In this document: one piece after another, positions 9,855 through 19,036 of the stretch
Numbering within the stretch: the stretch's first letter is position 1
Layout: each line of letters begins with the position of its first letter
Assembly (NCBI GenBank): GCA_041660745.1
Contig: JBAZVT010000003.1
Coordinates: 1,880 to 65,879 of the forward strand
Source of the DNA: Minisyncoccota bacterium
GTDB taxonomy: Bacteria > Patescibacteriota > Minisyncoccia > Phycocordibacterales > JBAZVT01
DNA: 64,000 bases
Reading direction: 5' to 3'
The notes under the pieces: generated by a model
Told to the model about the DNA's origin: nothing
What the model saw: the letters and a program-made list of their open reading frames with translations, nothing else
Databases searched by the model: none
Position numbers and translations under genes: made by a program

Positions 9855-11522
9855 ATGAAAAAAACAAACTTCTTTTTACGAATCGGTCGTTTTATAAAGA
9901 GACATAAGATAATTTCTCTTGTAATTATTCTTATTATTATCGTGAGTGGATACTGGTTATATCATTCTAAAACAACAGCAACCGCAGAGACGAAGTATGT
10001 TATCGGCACTGTGCGTGTTGGCGATGTCTCGTCTGTAGTCACTGGTACAGGTCAGGTTTCTGCAGAAAGTAGTGTGGATATTAAATCAAAAGTCTCGGGT
10101 GATATCGTGGCACTATATGTAAAAAATGGTGATGAGGTGGGTGAGGGGAGTATCATTGCTCAGATTGACTCTGAGGATGCATTGAAAAATCTACGAGATG
10201 CGGAAATAAATTTAAAAAGCGCACAAATTTCTTTAGATAAAGTTCTTCAGCCGGCAAATACTTCTACGGTATATGACGATGCTTTTAATACAATTACAAA
10301 TGCATTTCTTGATTTGCCAGTTATTTCAGATGAATTGTATAGCATGTTATATGACCGGAAGCATTCTCTGTACTTGGCTGATGATCAACAGGTTAATTTT
10401 TACTCGGGGAAGACGGGGGTGAGTCTTAAAAGAGGTGCAGAGTTAGAATATAATACCGCCAAAAAACTCCTTAAGAGTTCCTTGGCCACATATAGAACAA
10501 CACCTCGTCTTTCGGAGCCGGCCGTTATAGAATCATTGCTCGGAGATACTTTGGTTACTGTGCGTGCGATGTCGGACGCATTAAAAAACATACAAACAAC
10601 AGTTAATTATATTAGTGATAAAATTGATACAGATAAACCCTCAGAACTTGGTGTTGACCAAAGTGCTCTTGTTTCGTATACATCAAAATTGAATGGCCAT
10701 GTGTCTAATGTACTGTCTTCACAGACATCTATTGAATCTGCAAAAACTTCGGAAGTTAATGATTCTTTAGATATCCAGTCACAGAAACTTTCTCTTGAAC
10801 AAAAGAAAAATGCTGTTTCGGATGCCCAAGACACGCTTTCTGATTATTATGTTCGTGCCCCGTTTGGTGGAGTTGTTGCAGATGTGCCGGTTAGTGTAGG
10901 TGATGGTGCTTCTTCTGCAATGGTACTTGCAACCATTATTACTAAAAAACAGATTGCTACAATACCCCTCAATGAAGTGGATGCTGCAAAAGTAAAAACT
11001 GGTCAAAAGGTAGTCTTAACATTTGATGCAGTGTCGGGTCTAGAAGTCGTTGGGGAAGTGTCTGATGTTCAAACATTAGGAACAGTGAGTCAGGGTGTTG
11101 TCTCTTATGATGTTCAAATATCTTTTGACACCCAAGACACTCGCGTGAAGCCATCTATGAGTGTGTCCGCAGCCATTACGACCGACATAAGGGAGAGTGT
11201 GTTGTCGGTGCCGACATCCGCCGTGAAAACAAGTAGAGGGGGTTTGTATGTTGAAGTCGTTGATAATGTTCCAAAAGGCTCAGGAACGACTACTGCTGTG
11301 GGGGGGATCATATTATCAACGCCACCACGACAGCAGATAGTAGAAGTGGGGCTTACGGGTGATTCACGAATAGAGATTATTTCTGGTCTCAACGAGGGAG
11401 ATCGTATCGTTACACGTACCATCACGGCATCAGGTGCGGCGACGACAGCTAGTGCTGGCAGTATTTTGACGGGTGGAAATCGTAGTACGACTGGGCAGGC
11501 TGCACGGGCGCTCGGACGATAA
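9855..11522 (+). CDS. HlyD/MacA-family periplasmic adaptor (membrane fusion protein)
   Basis: N-terminal TM, biotinyl-lipoyl-like hairpin region and coiled-coil. YVRAPFGGVV motif typical of MFP beta-barrel domain. Precedes MacB-type ABC genes. Confidence 0.8.
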   Translation: MKKTNFFLRIGRFIKRHKIISLVIILIIIVSGYWLYHSKTTATAETKYVIGTVRVGDVSSVVTGTGQVSAESSVDIKSKVSGDIVALYVKNGDEVGEGSIIAQIDSEDALKNLRDAEINLKSAQISLDKVLQPANTSTVYDDAFNTITNAFLDLPVISDELYSMLYDRKHSLYLADDQQVNFYSGKTGVSLKRGAELEYNTAKKLLKSSLATYRTTPRLSEPAVIESLLGDTLVTVRAMSDALKNIQTTVNYISDKIDTDKPSELGVDQSALVSYTSKLNGHVSNVLSSQTSIESAKTSEVNDSLDIQSQKLSLEQKKNAVSDAQDTLSDYYVRAPFGGVVADVPVSVGDGASSAMVLATIITKKQIATIPLNEVDAAKVKTGQKVVLTFDAVSGLEVVGEVSDVQTLGTVSQGVVSYDVQISFDTQDTRVKPSMSVSAAITTDIRESVLSVPTSAVKTSRGGLYVEVVDNVPKGSGTTTAVGGIILSTPPRQQIVEVGLTGDSRIEIISGLNEGDRIVTRTITASGAATTASAGSILTGGNRSTTGQAARALGR

Positions 11523-11538
11523 AAAAGACGATACTAGT

Positions 11539-12255
11539 ATGATTGAATGTAAAAATATAACAAAAATATATAAAAGTGGAGATACAGAAACATTCGCACT
11601 TAACAATGTTTCTTTTACGATTGCGGACGGTGAGTTTGTGGCAATTATGGGGCCGTCTGGTTCTGGTAAGTCAACACTTATGCATATTCTTGGCGCATTA
11701 GATACTCCCACGTCTGGAACATATGTTCTTGATGGAGAAGATGTTTCTACGCTTTCTGACGATGAACTCGCGGATATCCGAGCGCAAAAAATTGGTTTTG
11801 TATTCCAAGCATTCAATCTTCTACCTCGTGCAACGGTGCTTCGTAATGTTAGTCTTCCTCTCGTGTATTCAGGCGTTTCTGAACAGGAGCGAACAGTGCG
11901 AGCACAGGAGGCATTGCGGTCCGCGGGACTTTCCGAGGATAGGTGGGGTCATCTTTCAAATCAACTCTCGGGCGGTCAAATTCAACGTGTGGCAATTGCG
12001 CGTGCACTTGTGAATAATCCTTCTGTTATTATGGCGGATGAACCTACTGGCAATCTTGATTCAAAAACTGGAGAGATCGTCTTGGGGACGTTTCAACACT
12101 TTAATCGTGAATTAAAACGAACTATTATTTTAATTACGCATGAACTTGATGTCGCACAACATGCTGATCGTATTATCCATATCAAAGATGGAAAAATTGT
12201 TGAAGATAGAAAAAATCTGAATAAGAGAGTAATTGAGCATGTAAAATATTTATGA
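11539..12255 (+). CDS. MacB/LolD-type ABC transporter ATP-binding protein
   Basis: Walker A GPSGSGKST, Q-loop, signature LSGGQIQRVAIARAL, Walker B IIMADEPTGNLD. Start MIECKNITKIY at 11539. Confidence 0.9.
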   Translation: MIECKNITKIYKSGDTETFALNNVSFTIADGEFVAIMGPSGSGKSTLMHILGALDTPTSGTYVLDGEDVSTLSDDELADIRAQKIGFVFQAFNLLPRATVLRNVSLPLVYSGVSEQERTVRAQEALRSAGLSEDRWGHLSNQLSGGQIQRVAIARALVNNPSVIMADEPTGNLDSKTGEIVLGTFQHFNRELKRTIILITHELDVAQHADRIIHIKDGKIVEDRKNLNKRVIEHVKYL

Positions 12256-13475
12256 CAATAAAAGATTTACTTCACGAAACGACATCGGCATTGCTTGGCA
12301 ACAAGGTTCGTACGGGACTAACAATGCTTGGAATTATTATTGGCATCGCTTCCGTGATTGCCATGCTTGCTGTTGGACAAGGTGCAAGTGGTTCTATTCA
12401 GTCTAGTATTCAGGCACTTGGTTCTAATTTGTTATTGGTGAGTCCTGGAGCTCAAAGAGGACCCGGAGTACAAGTGAGTGCTGGCCGTGGTTCATCGCAG
12501 ACGCTTACCCGGGCAGATGCAGATGCTATTGGAGTATCAGTTTCTTCTGTTGCTGCCGTTGCCGCCAATGTTTCTACTCGCCTACAAATAGTTGTATCTG
12601 GTGCAAATACAAATACGTCTATTATTGGTACGGTGCCAGAGTATGCAGTGGTTCGGAATGTAGAAATTGCAGAAGGCGACTTTATTACCGAAGAAGATGT
12701 AAGAGATTTGGGTCGTGTAGTGGTGCTTGGTCCCACGACACGAGATGATTTATTTGGGATTGACGGAGAGTCTGTCGGGAAAACAGTGCGTGTAAACGGT
12801 ATTAATTTTAAGGTTATTGGAGTTACAAAATCTAAGGGTGGTTCTGGTTTCGGTAATGCTGACGATCGAGCATACATACCACTGACATCTGCACAGAAGT
12901 TTCTAACTGGGAATATATATGTAAGTGAAATAAGTGTACAAGCCGAGAGTTCTGATGTTATGGCTGATGTGCAGAGTCAGATTACAGCGCTTCTTTTAGA
13001 TCGACATAATATTACCGATCCAACATCGGCTGATTTTAATGTATTAAACCAAGCAGATATTATTTCTAGTGCGTCATCTGTTACTAATATTCTCACTATC
13101 CTTTTGGCGTCTGTGGCGGGCATCTCTCTTGTTGTTGGAGGTATTGGAATTATGAATATGATGTTAACCACAGTGACGGAACGTACGAGGGAAATTGGTC
13201 TCAGAAAAGCTATCGGTGCAAAGAAAAAAGATATCAGTGCTCAGTTTTTAATTGAGTCAATTGTTCTTACGTTTACGGGCGGAATTCTTGGGGTAATATT
13301 AGGTTGGACAGTTGCGTTTATTATAACTGCAACAGGATTGTTGACTGCACAGGTCTCTCTTTTTGCAGTGCTGCTTGCATTTGGTGTGGCGGCAGCAATA
13401 GGTATTATTTTTGGTTATTATCCAGCTAAACGTGCTGCGGGTCTGAACCCGATTGAAGCATTGCGTTATGAGTAG
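12252..13475 (+). CDS. MacB/FtsX-family ABC transporter permease
   Basis: N-terminal TM, large periplasmic domain, C-terminal FtsX 3-TM bundle. Start overlaps ATPase stop (ATGA). Confidence 0.85.
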   Translation: MTIKDLLHETTSALLGNKVRTGLTMLGIIIGIASVIAMLAVGQGASGSIQSSIQALGSNLLLVSPGAQRGPGVQVSAGRGSSQTLTRADADAIGVSVSSVAAVAANVSTRLQIVVSGANTNTSIIGTVPEYAVVRNVEIAEGDFITEEDVRDLGRVVVLGPTTRDDLFGIDGESVGKTVRVNGINFKVIGVTKSKGGSGFGNADDRAYIPLTSAQKFLTGNIYVSEISVQAESSDVMADVQSQITALLLDRHNITDPTSADFNVLNQADIISSASSVTNILTILLASVAGISLVVGGIGIMNMMLTTVTERTREIGLRKAIGAKKKDISAQFLIESIVLTFTGGILGVILGWTVAFIITATGLLTAQVSLFAVLLAFGVAAAIGIIFGYYPAKRAAGLNPIEALRYE

Positions 13476-13503
13476 AACAAAATACCAGCCCGAAGATGCT
13501 GTT

Positions 13504-13740
13504 TTAGTCGATGGGAATATCTAATATTTTTCCAGGGGAGTGATGTCCAGAAATAATACGTATTTTTTTTGGCGTAATGTTAAAATGCTCCGCGATTATT
13601 TCTATAACTCTTCTATTTGCGCGATTATTTTCTGCTGGTTCTCGTACGGATATATTAAAATGATCCGTGCTTTTTTGTGTAAGAGTATCTTTTTTTGAGT
13701 CGGGAGTGACGCGAACTTTTATATACATACAGGCTATCAT
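13504..13740 (-). CDS. YggU/DUF167 family small protein
   Basis: IKVRVTPDSKKDTL...ISVREPAENNRANRRVIEII: matches the conserved YggU signature region. Confidence 0.55.
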   Translation of the reverse strand: MIACMYIKVRVTPDSKKDTLTQKSTDHFNISVREPAENNRANRRVIEIIAEHFNITPKKIRIISGHHSPGKILDIPID

Positions 13741-14073
13741 ATCAGAAAAAAATATTGTTTGTCATGGAATAATGCCCTTGCACATTTTTATATTTCGTTT
13801 TGATTTTTTAATTACAAAATTGCCGAAGTGGGCCATTTGTGATGACAATACTTTTTTAAATAAAATAAATTAACACATTCTTAATTAACCGTTCACCGCA
13901 TTCTCACTCTTTTGTTTTAATAATTACCCATGAATTATGAAATCCCATTCCTTGTTGCACCAGACTTTTTAAAAAAGTTTTGGCGTGCCGGGGCGCGGAT
14001 TTCATAATTTAAAAAGGTCGGCGAAAATAATTTCTTTAGGTTTTGTATTACTACTTTATTTTAAAAATATATT

Positions 14074-14730
14074 ATGAAAAAAATTTTTGCTTTCACTTCA
14101 ATTATTGCTTTAGCTCTTGTTTTTGCTCCAGCGGCATCTCATGCAGCTTGGAGTAATGACGTAAATATCACGACAACGAATTCTGCAGACATTGTTAATT
14201 CCTTTAATGTATCCGCACACACGGGTGACAATGTCTCAAAAAGTGGTTCTGGAGGTGCGTCTGGGGGTGGTGGTTCAGTAACAAATTCTGGCAGTGCTAA
14301 CACAGGTGGGGCTGGAGGAGCTGGAGGTGCAGGCGGAGAGGGGGGTGTAATTGCAACTGGTGATGCTTCCGTATCAGTTCTGGTCACCAATATAGCAAAT
14401 GATACTGACATAGAGGTTGATTCAACTGCATTGGCGGAGGATGCTTCCGATAACGATGTAAATATTATTACATCAAATACAGCAGCGCTACGAAATGAAG
14501 GAGTTCTATCAGCGTTCACTGGCTCAAATAAGGTAAAAGCTGGTTCAGCATCTAGTGATTTGTCTGGCACTGGTGGCAGTGTTGATTCAAGTGGTAATGA
14601 AAATGTCGCCGGTGCTGGTGGCGCCTCTGGAGCAGGAGGTATGGGTGGATCTATTGTAACTGGTCATAGCACTGTATCTGCAGATGTTATGAGTATTGTT
14701 AATATGACGGTTAAGCGTGTTATGAGATAA
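14074..14730 (+). CDS. Secreted Gly/Ser-rich repeat protein (paralog 1 of the TGDA-repeat family)
   Basis: Signal peptide MKKIFAFTSIIALALVFAPAASHA. Internal duplication HTGDNVSKSGSGGASGGGG... / ...GSASSDLSGTGGS...; TGDASVSVLVTNIANDTDIEVDS motif shared with the two following genes. Confidence 0.6.
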   Translation: MKKIFAFTSIIALALVFAPAASHAAWSNDVNITTTNSADIVNSFNVSAHTGDNVSKSGSGGASGGGGSVTNSGSANTGGAGGAGGAGGEGGVIATGDASVSVLVTNIANDTDIEVDSTALAEDASDNDVNIITSNTAALRNEGVLSAFTGSNKVKAGSASSDLSGTGGSVDSSGNENVAGAGGASGAGGMGGSIVTGHSTVSADVMSIVNMTVKRVMR

Positions 14731-14825
14731 CTACTTTTGTCGTCGGAGGAAAGGGATTTTTCCCTTCCTTCGGCAAGGTTTTGATGCGATGTCAAAACCT
14801 TGCCGAAGGAAAACCTTCCAATTCT

Positions 14826-15365
14826 ATGAAAAAAGCATCATATATTTTCTGTTGTGTGCTGGTGTATTCTGGCTTCTATACTGCACTGATAGTATCGGCA
14901 GCTTCTTCCTCTGTGGTTAATTCAATCACGATTACTTCAGAAACTGGGGGTAATACTGTATTGGGCGGTGAAGAAAGTCGGGGTACTTCTAATACACATA
15001 TCCAGGCAAAGACAATTATAGATGGTGTTGTAGTAGAGGATATTAATCAGAACTATTCTTCTACGAGTCCGGTTAATTTTAAAGAAACATACAATCAGAA
15101 TATTGGATCGGGAAATGAAACGGAGACAGTGAAAACAATTATAAAAGTTCAGGCGCAGACAGGTCAAAGTTCATTGGTGGAAGATTTTAATAAAAAGAAA
15201 GCGGCGACATCAACAGCCACAACGTCTCTCGCACGTCCTGTGAAGACAACGCAAGATGGTCACGTTGCGGCTTCGAGTTCAGTATTATTAGCCGAAGGGG
15301 GTTTGAAAGCGCGAGGCCTTCTTCAACAATTTATATCATATGTATTTTCAATCTTTCGTTTCTAA
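14826..15365 (+). CDS. Secreted/anchored hypothetical protein (paralog 2, same locus)
   Basis: Start MKKASYIFCCVLVYSGFYTALIVSAASS (signal anchor) at 14826. The upstream in-frame extension crosses a strong hairpin (14757-14815) and is unlikely to be coding. Confidence 0.5.
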   Translation: MKKASYIFCCVLVYSGFYTALIVSAASSSVVNSITITSETGGNTVLGGEESRGTSNTHIQAKTIIDGVVVEDINQNYSSTSPVNFKETYNQNIGSGNETETVKTIIKVQAQTGQSSLVEDFNKKKAATSTATTSLARPVKTTQDGHVAASSSVLLAEGGLKARGLLQQFISYVFSIFRF

Positions 15366-18090
15366 ACATATTGTTTCACAAGGCAGAGGGATTGTTTCCT
15401 TCTGTATAATTTTTTCTTTGCTCTTGGCCCAAGGTGGTGCGGTTATTGTTGCAGGGGCACAAACACCTGATTCTAGTTTAGGTACGACAACAGAGTCTAG
15501 CACCATAACAGAAGCTGCTATTGTGCCAGAGGAAAATGATTCTGTGACGTCTATTACGACTGGTGACGCATCTGCGGAGAGTAGTGTGGAAACTGGAACA
15601 AATACCAATCTTATTTCTGAGGGGCAGAGTACATCTTCCTCGGACACCCTAATGGCAACGAGTACACACGATTCTTTATTAGAAGTGGCTACGACTAGCG
15701 CAACTACTTCTTCCGATACCACTACCACAGGCACAAGCACGTCTCTAGTACCTGATGAGGGTACAGAGGTTATTGTGGACACAACAAGTACGTCCACTAT
15801 TGTAAATAATGCCACAACTACTGCAAATACAGGTGTAAATGAAATTCAAAACGCAACATCGACCACGGCAACAAGCACTGCCACAAGTACAGCGGTTATC
15901 GATACTGGTGATGCGGCGGCTAGTACAAATATAATTAATGTTGCCAATGTTAATGTGTTTGATTCTAATGGAATGATCATGCTTCTTAATAGTTTATCTG
16001 GTATGACGGGTAATGTTGATTTGCGAGATGCACTCTCGGGAATTACTTTTGAATCATTCTGTGGCGAGGGGTGTGATGGAACGAGTACACCTTTATCTGC
16101 TCTCATTTCAAATAATAGTACATCAACAATTGATAATAACATTGTTGTTGGTGCTCAAACGGGGAATAACGGTATTTCTGGACCAGGCACTGACGGAACT
16201 ATTATGACTGGGGATGCGTATGCGGCAGCCAATGTGGTAAATATGGCAAATACAAATATTGTTGATTCAAATTATCTCCTCTTTGTTTTTAATGGGCTGG
16301 GAAATATGATTAATGGTGATTTTATTTTGCCGAGCGCAGGATTCTTCTCTAACTTTTTTTCTGGAAGTTCAGGAAGTAGTATGTCGGGGCAGTCTACTCC
16401 CGCAGTCTTATCTTCCACAACTGATCTAGATATACAAAATGAGAATTCGTCGATAATCAATAATTCCGTTGATGTTCATGCGGGCACGGGGGATAATAGC
16501 GTGTCGTCTGAAATGGGATCTACAACAGCTTCTAGTAGTATTGTAACGGGAGACGCACAGTCTGGAACAAATATTTTTAACGAGACTAATAGTAATCTTG
16601 TCGGCGGCGGATCGTTCATGGTACTTTTTAGAGTTTTTGGAAAATGGAGTGGAAATGTACTAAATACTCCAGACGGAATTCAATGGAAAGAAACACCTCA
16701 TGGGGTTGAACTTGTTGGAGATGTTCCTTCTGTTCTTGATTCAAGCGAGACAGATTCATCTGATCAAAATATATCAATTTCTAACAACAATAGTTCAAGT
16801 GTCACAAACAATATAGAGGTGTATGCGTTGACCGGAGATAATAAAATTACGGACAAAACTGGAAACTCTGAGATTGAGACTGGAGATGCATATGCAACAG
16901 CGAACGTAGTCAATATTACTAATACCAATATTGTTGGACGTAACTGGATTCTCGCAATCATTAATATCTTTGGTGATTGGGGAGGGAATATTTCTTTTGG
17001 TCAACCTGATTTGTGGGTTGCGGGGGAAGTGGAATCCCCTGGAAAGATTACGCGTGGTTCAGAACTAAAATACACATTTACTATTACAAACAAAGGCGAT
17101 GCTCCCGCGCATGATGTTGTGTTAAAGAATGTTTTTGATAGTCCATACGTGTACTTTGGAGAGAGATCAACTGATGTTCCTAATAATATGTCTGACTGGA
17201 ATATTGGAACATTGGCACCACAACAAACTGTTACTGTAGAAAAAGTGGCAACTGTAGACACGGGCTTGCCACGAGGGTCAACTCCCGTCTCGTCTGAAAT
17301 TTCTGTGCAGGGGAATGAAACTGATGCAAATACAGTAGATAATAGTGACGTTATATCATTTGTAGCTTCCGGATCTACGTCTTCAAGGGGTGGGAGTAGA
17401 CCTCGAGAAACAAAAATGCCATTACCAATACTTCTTGTTTCTACGACAAATGATGCGCTGACGACGCCTCTTATGGCTACTGCAAGTAGTAGTGTAAATT
17501 ATACTATTACAATAGAAAACAATGGGGATACTTCGTATAATTCCATCCTTACAAACACACTCAAGGATAGTTCTGGGGGTATTGTTAGTCAGGAACAGTG
17601 GAATTTGGAAATGATTGCTCCGCGTGAAGAAGTTTCTGTTTCATATACAGCTATCTTTGGCACAAGTACACCCCCCGGAGTGTATACCAATTATGCTCAG
17701 GTGGTCGCGTCCTCTTCGGAACAACTTGGGCAGTCTGTTGTCTCAAATGTGGCGACGAGTGCTGTGGTTATTCTTAGCCCAGAGGTCTTTAATGCAGGAT
17801 TTTCCTTTGCCACAACCACCCCTGTTCTTTCTACAGAGAACATTGAGCCACTTGCAGGGGCTATTTCAGACTCAAACATAGTTGATTCGTCCCCAGACGC
17901 TACTGCTGTGGAAAAAATAGATACTATAGTAAACAATCAGGTTGCAAATGTGGGAAGCGCGTGGAATTTTGTAGTGAGTCCATATTGGCTCATTTTCCCA
18001 ATACTTGGACTGATATCACTGGCATTATTAAAAAAGAAGGGTAGTGTGAGACAGTTTGCGAGGATGAGAAATAAGTTTACGGTTTGGTAA
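15340..18090 (+). CDS. Large cell-surface repeat protein (916 aa): signal peptide, Thr/Ser-rich stalk, 4x ~40-aa TGDA..N..N.NTNI repeats, two DUF11-like conserved-repeat domains, C-terminal TM anchor
   Basis: Repeats TGDAAASTNIINVANVNVFDSNGM / TGDAYAAANVVNMANTNIVDSNYL / TGDAQSGTNIFNETNSNLVGGGSF / TGDAYATANVVNITNTNIVGRNWI. DUF11-like ITNKGDAPAHDVVLKNVFDSP and TIENNGDTSYNSILTNTL. C-terminal WLIFPILGLISLALLKKKG. Confidence 0.7.
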   Translation: MYFQSFVSKHIVSQGRGIVSFCIIFSLLLAQGGAVIVAGAQTPDSSLGTTTESSTITEAAIVPEENDSVTSITTGDASAESSVETGTNTNLISEGQSTSSSDTLMATSTHDSLLEVATTSATTSSDTTTTGTSTSLVPDEGTEVIVDTTSTSTIVNNATTTANTGVNEIQNATSTTATSTATSTAVIDTGDAAASTNIINVANVNVFDSNGMIMLLNSLSGMTGNVDLRDALSGITFESFCGEGCDGTSTPLSALISNNSTSTIDNNIVVGAQTGNNGISGPGTDGTIMTGDAYAAANVVNMANTNIVDSNYLLFVFNGLGNMINGDFILPSAGFFSNFFSGSSGSSMSGQSTPAVLSSTTDLDIQNENSSIINNSVDVHAGTGDNSVSSEMGSTTASSSIVTGDAQSGTNIFNETNSNLVGGGSFMVLFRVFGKWSGNVLNTPDGIQWKETPHGVELVGDVPSVLDSSETDSSDQNISISNNNSSSVTNNIEVYALTGDNKITDKTGNSEIETGDAYATANVVNITNTNIVGRNWILAIINIFGDWGGNISFGQPDLWVAGEVESPGKITRGSELKYTFTITNKGDAPAHDVVLKNVFDSPYVYFGERSTDVPNNMSDWNIGTLAPQQTVTVEKVATVDTGLPRGSTPVSSEISVQGNETDANTVDNSDVISFVASGSTSSRGGSRPRETKMPLPILLVSTTNDALTTPLMATASSSVNYTITIENNGDTSYNSILTNTLKDSSGGIVSQEQWNLEMIAPREEVSVSYTAIFGTSTPPGVYTNYAQVVASSSEQLGQSVVSNVATSAVVILSPEVFNAGFSFATTTPVLSTENIEPLAGAISDSNIVDSSPDATAVEKIDTIVNNQVANVGSAWNFVVSPYWLIFPILGLISLALLKKKGSVRQFARMRNKFTVW

Positions 18091-18243
18091 ATATCGTTCA
18101 GAATTTCTAAAAAAGAGTACGTGTAAAATTCTACTGAATTTTCACTCGGTCTCGGCTACCCGCCTGCGAAGCCTCATTTTTAGAAAATCCTCACTCCAGT
18201 AGAATAAGGTGTCCTTCGGACTCTAGGATTAGGGTACATAGAA

Positions 18244-18272
18244 AAGCCGCCTGAGTACAGGCGGCTTTTCTT
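18244..18272. terminator. Rho-independent terminator after the surface-protein gene
   Basis: aaaAGCCGCCTGagtacAGGCGGCTtttcttg. Confidence 0.6.
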
Positions 18273-18317
18273 GTATGTAGAGGAGGAAATGCCTTATTTT
18301 AAGCAAAATAACACATA

Positions 18318-18346
18318 TTGACGGAAGTACTCAAAAGGTGTATAAT
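18318..18346 (+). promoter_or_regulatory. Consensus sigma-70 promoter TTGACG-N17-TATAAT
   Basis: ttgacg (18318-18323), 17-nt spacer, tataat (18341-18346). ~70-nt leader with strong RBS aaaggagg before ATG 18418. Confidence 0.5.
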
Positions 18347-18417
18347 AGTATGTAGAGTGACTGAAGTCACAAACCGACTTCCGCCGGGTTGCGGATTGAA
18401 ATAAAAAGGAGGTCGTT

Positions 18418-18945
18418 ATGACCAAGGTTCAGGGTAATTGCGTTATTTTCTTGCTTGTGTCATTGATCATTGTTGGTTTTTGTATGCTTCCGGTGAACAA
18501 GCGTGAAAAACTGCTTCAGAATCAGTCAACAATGGCGCCGGCGGCAATGTCTCAAAACACCAGAGTCTTTCTGGATTACGTCGCTGGCAAGACAATCTCC
18601 AAGACTGACGTGGACGAAGCCTTTTACATAAGGGGTTCGGCTGGTTGGCTCGACACGGAGAAGATTCTTCGTGTGGCGAATGATCTCAAGGTTCCATGGG
18701 CTCAAGTCCATGATACGCTGGTTGTTCTCAACGAGAACTCGACAGTCATGTACATCGGTTCACAGGACAAGATTCTCGCCAAGTTTCGGGCGACCACTCA
18801 GCCAACCACAGCGCCGACGGTTCAGGTGGAGGCGACAAGTCAGGGTTCGTTGCCACCGGCAAGTGTCGTCGTCTATGGATGCTGGGCTCGCAACTATGTG
18901 GAGTCGGCGTACCAGGCGACTCATGATATGGGTCGGTGGGAATAA
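18418..18945 (+). CDS. Hypothetical membrane-anchored protein inside a GC-rich (~52%) island
   Basis: N-terminal TM (VIFLLVSLIIVGFCML); no recognisable domain. Local GC clearly above the ~40% flanks; island bounded by promoter and two terminators. Confidence 0.55.
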   Translation: MTKVQGNCVIFLLVSLIIVGFCMLPVNKREKLLQNQSTMAPAAMSQNTRVFLDYVAGKTISKTDVDEAFYIRGSAGWLDTEKILRVANDLKVPWAQVHDTLVVLNENSTVMYIGSQDKILAKFRATTQPTTAPTVQVEATSQGSLPPASVVVYGCWARNYVESAYQATHDMGRWE

Positions 18946-18962
18946 GGAAGATTACGTTTGGT

Positions 18963-19035
18963 TCTAGTGCCCGTGAACAGCAGTTCGCGGGCATAGTTTT
19001 TATAAAAAAACCGGCTGATGGCAGCCGGTTTTGTT
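18963..19035. terminator. Two tandem terminator hairpins
   Basis: TGCCCGTGAACagcaGTTCGCGGGCA and aaaaaaCCGGCTGatggCAGCCGGttttgttttt. Confidence 0.55.
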
Positions 19036-19036
19036 T

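Noticed and set aside
14757-14825. In-frame 5' extension of ORF 14781-15365
   Set aside because: It runs through a 24-bp-stem hairpin (CCTTCGGCAAGGTTTTGA..TCAAAACCTTGCCGAAGG), which likely terminates the preceding gene. A canonical signal-anchor start (MKKASYIF) follows at 14826.
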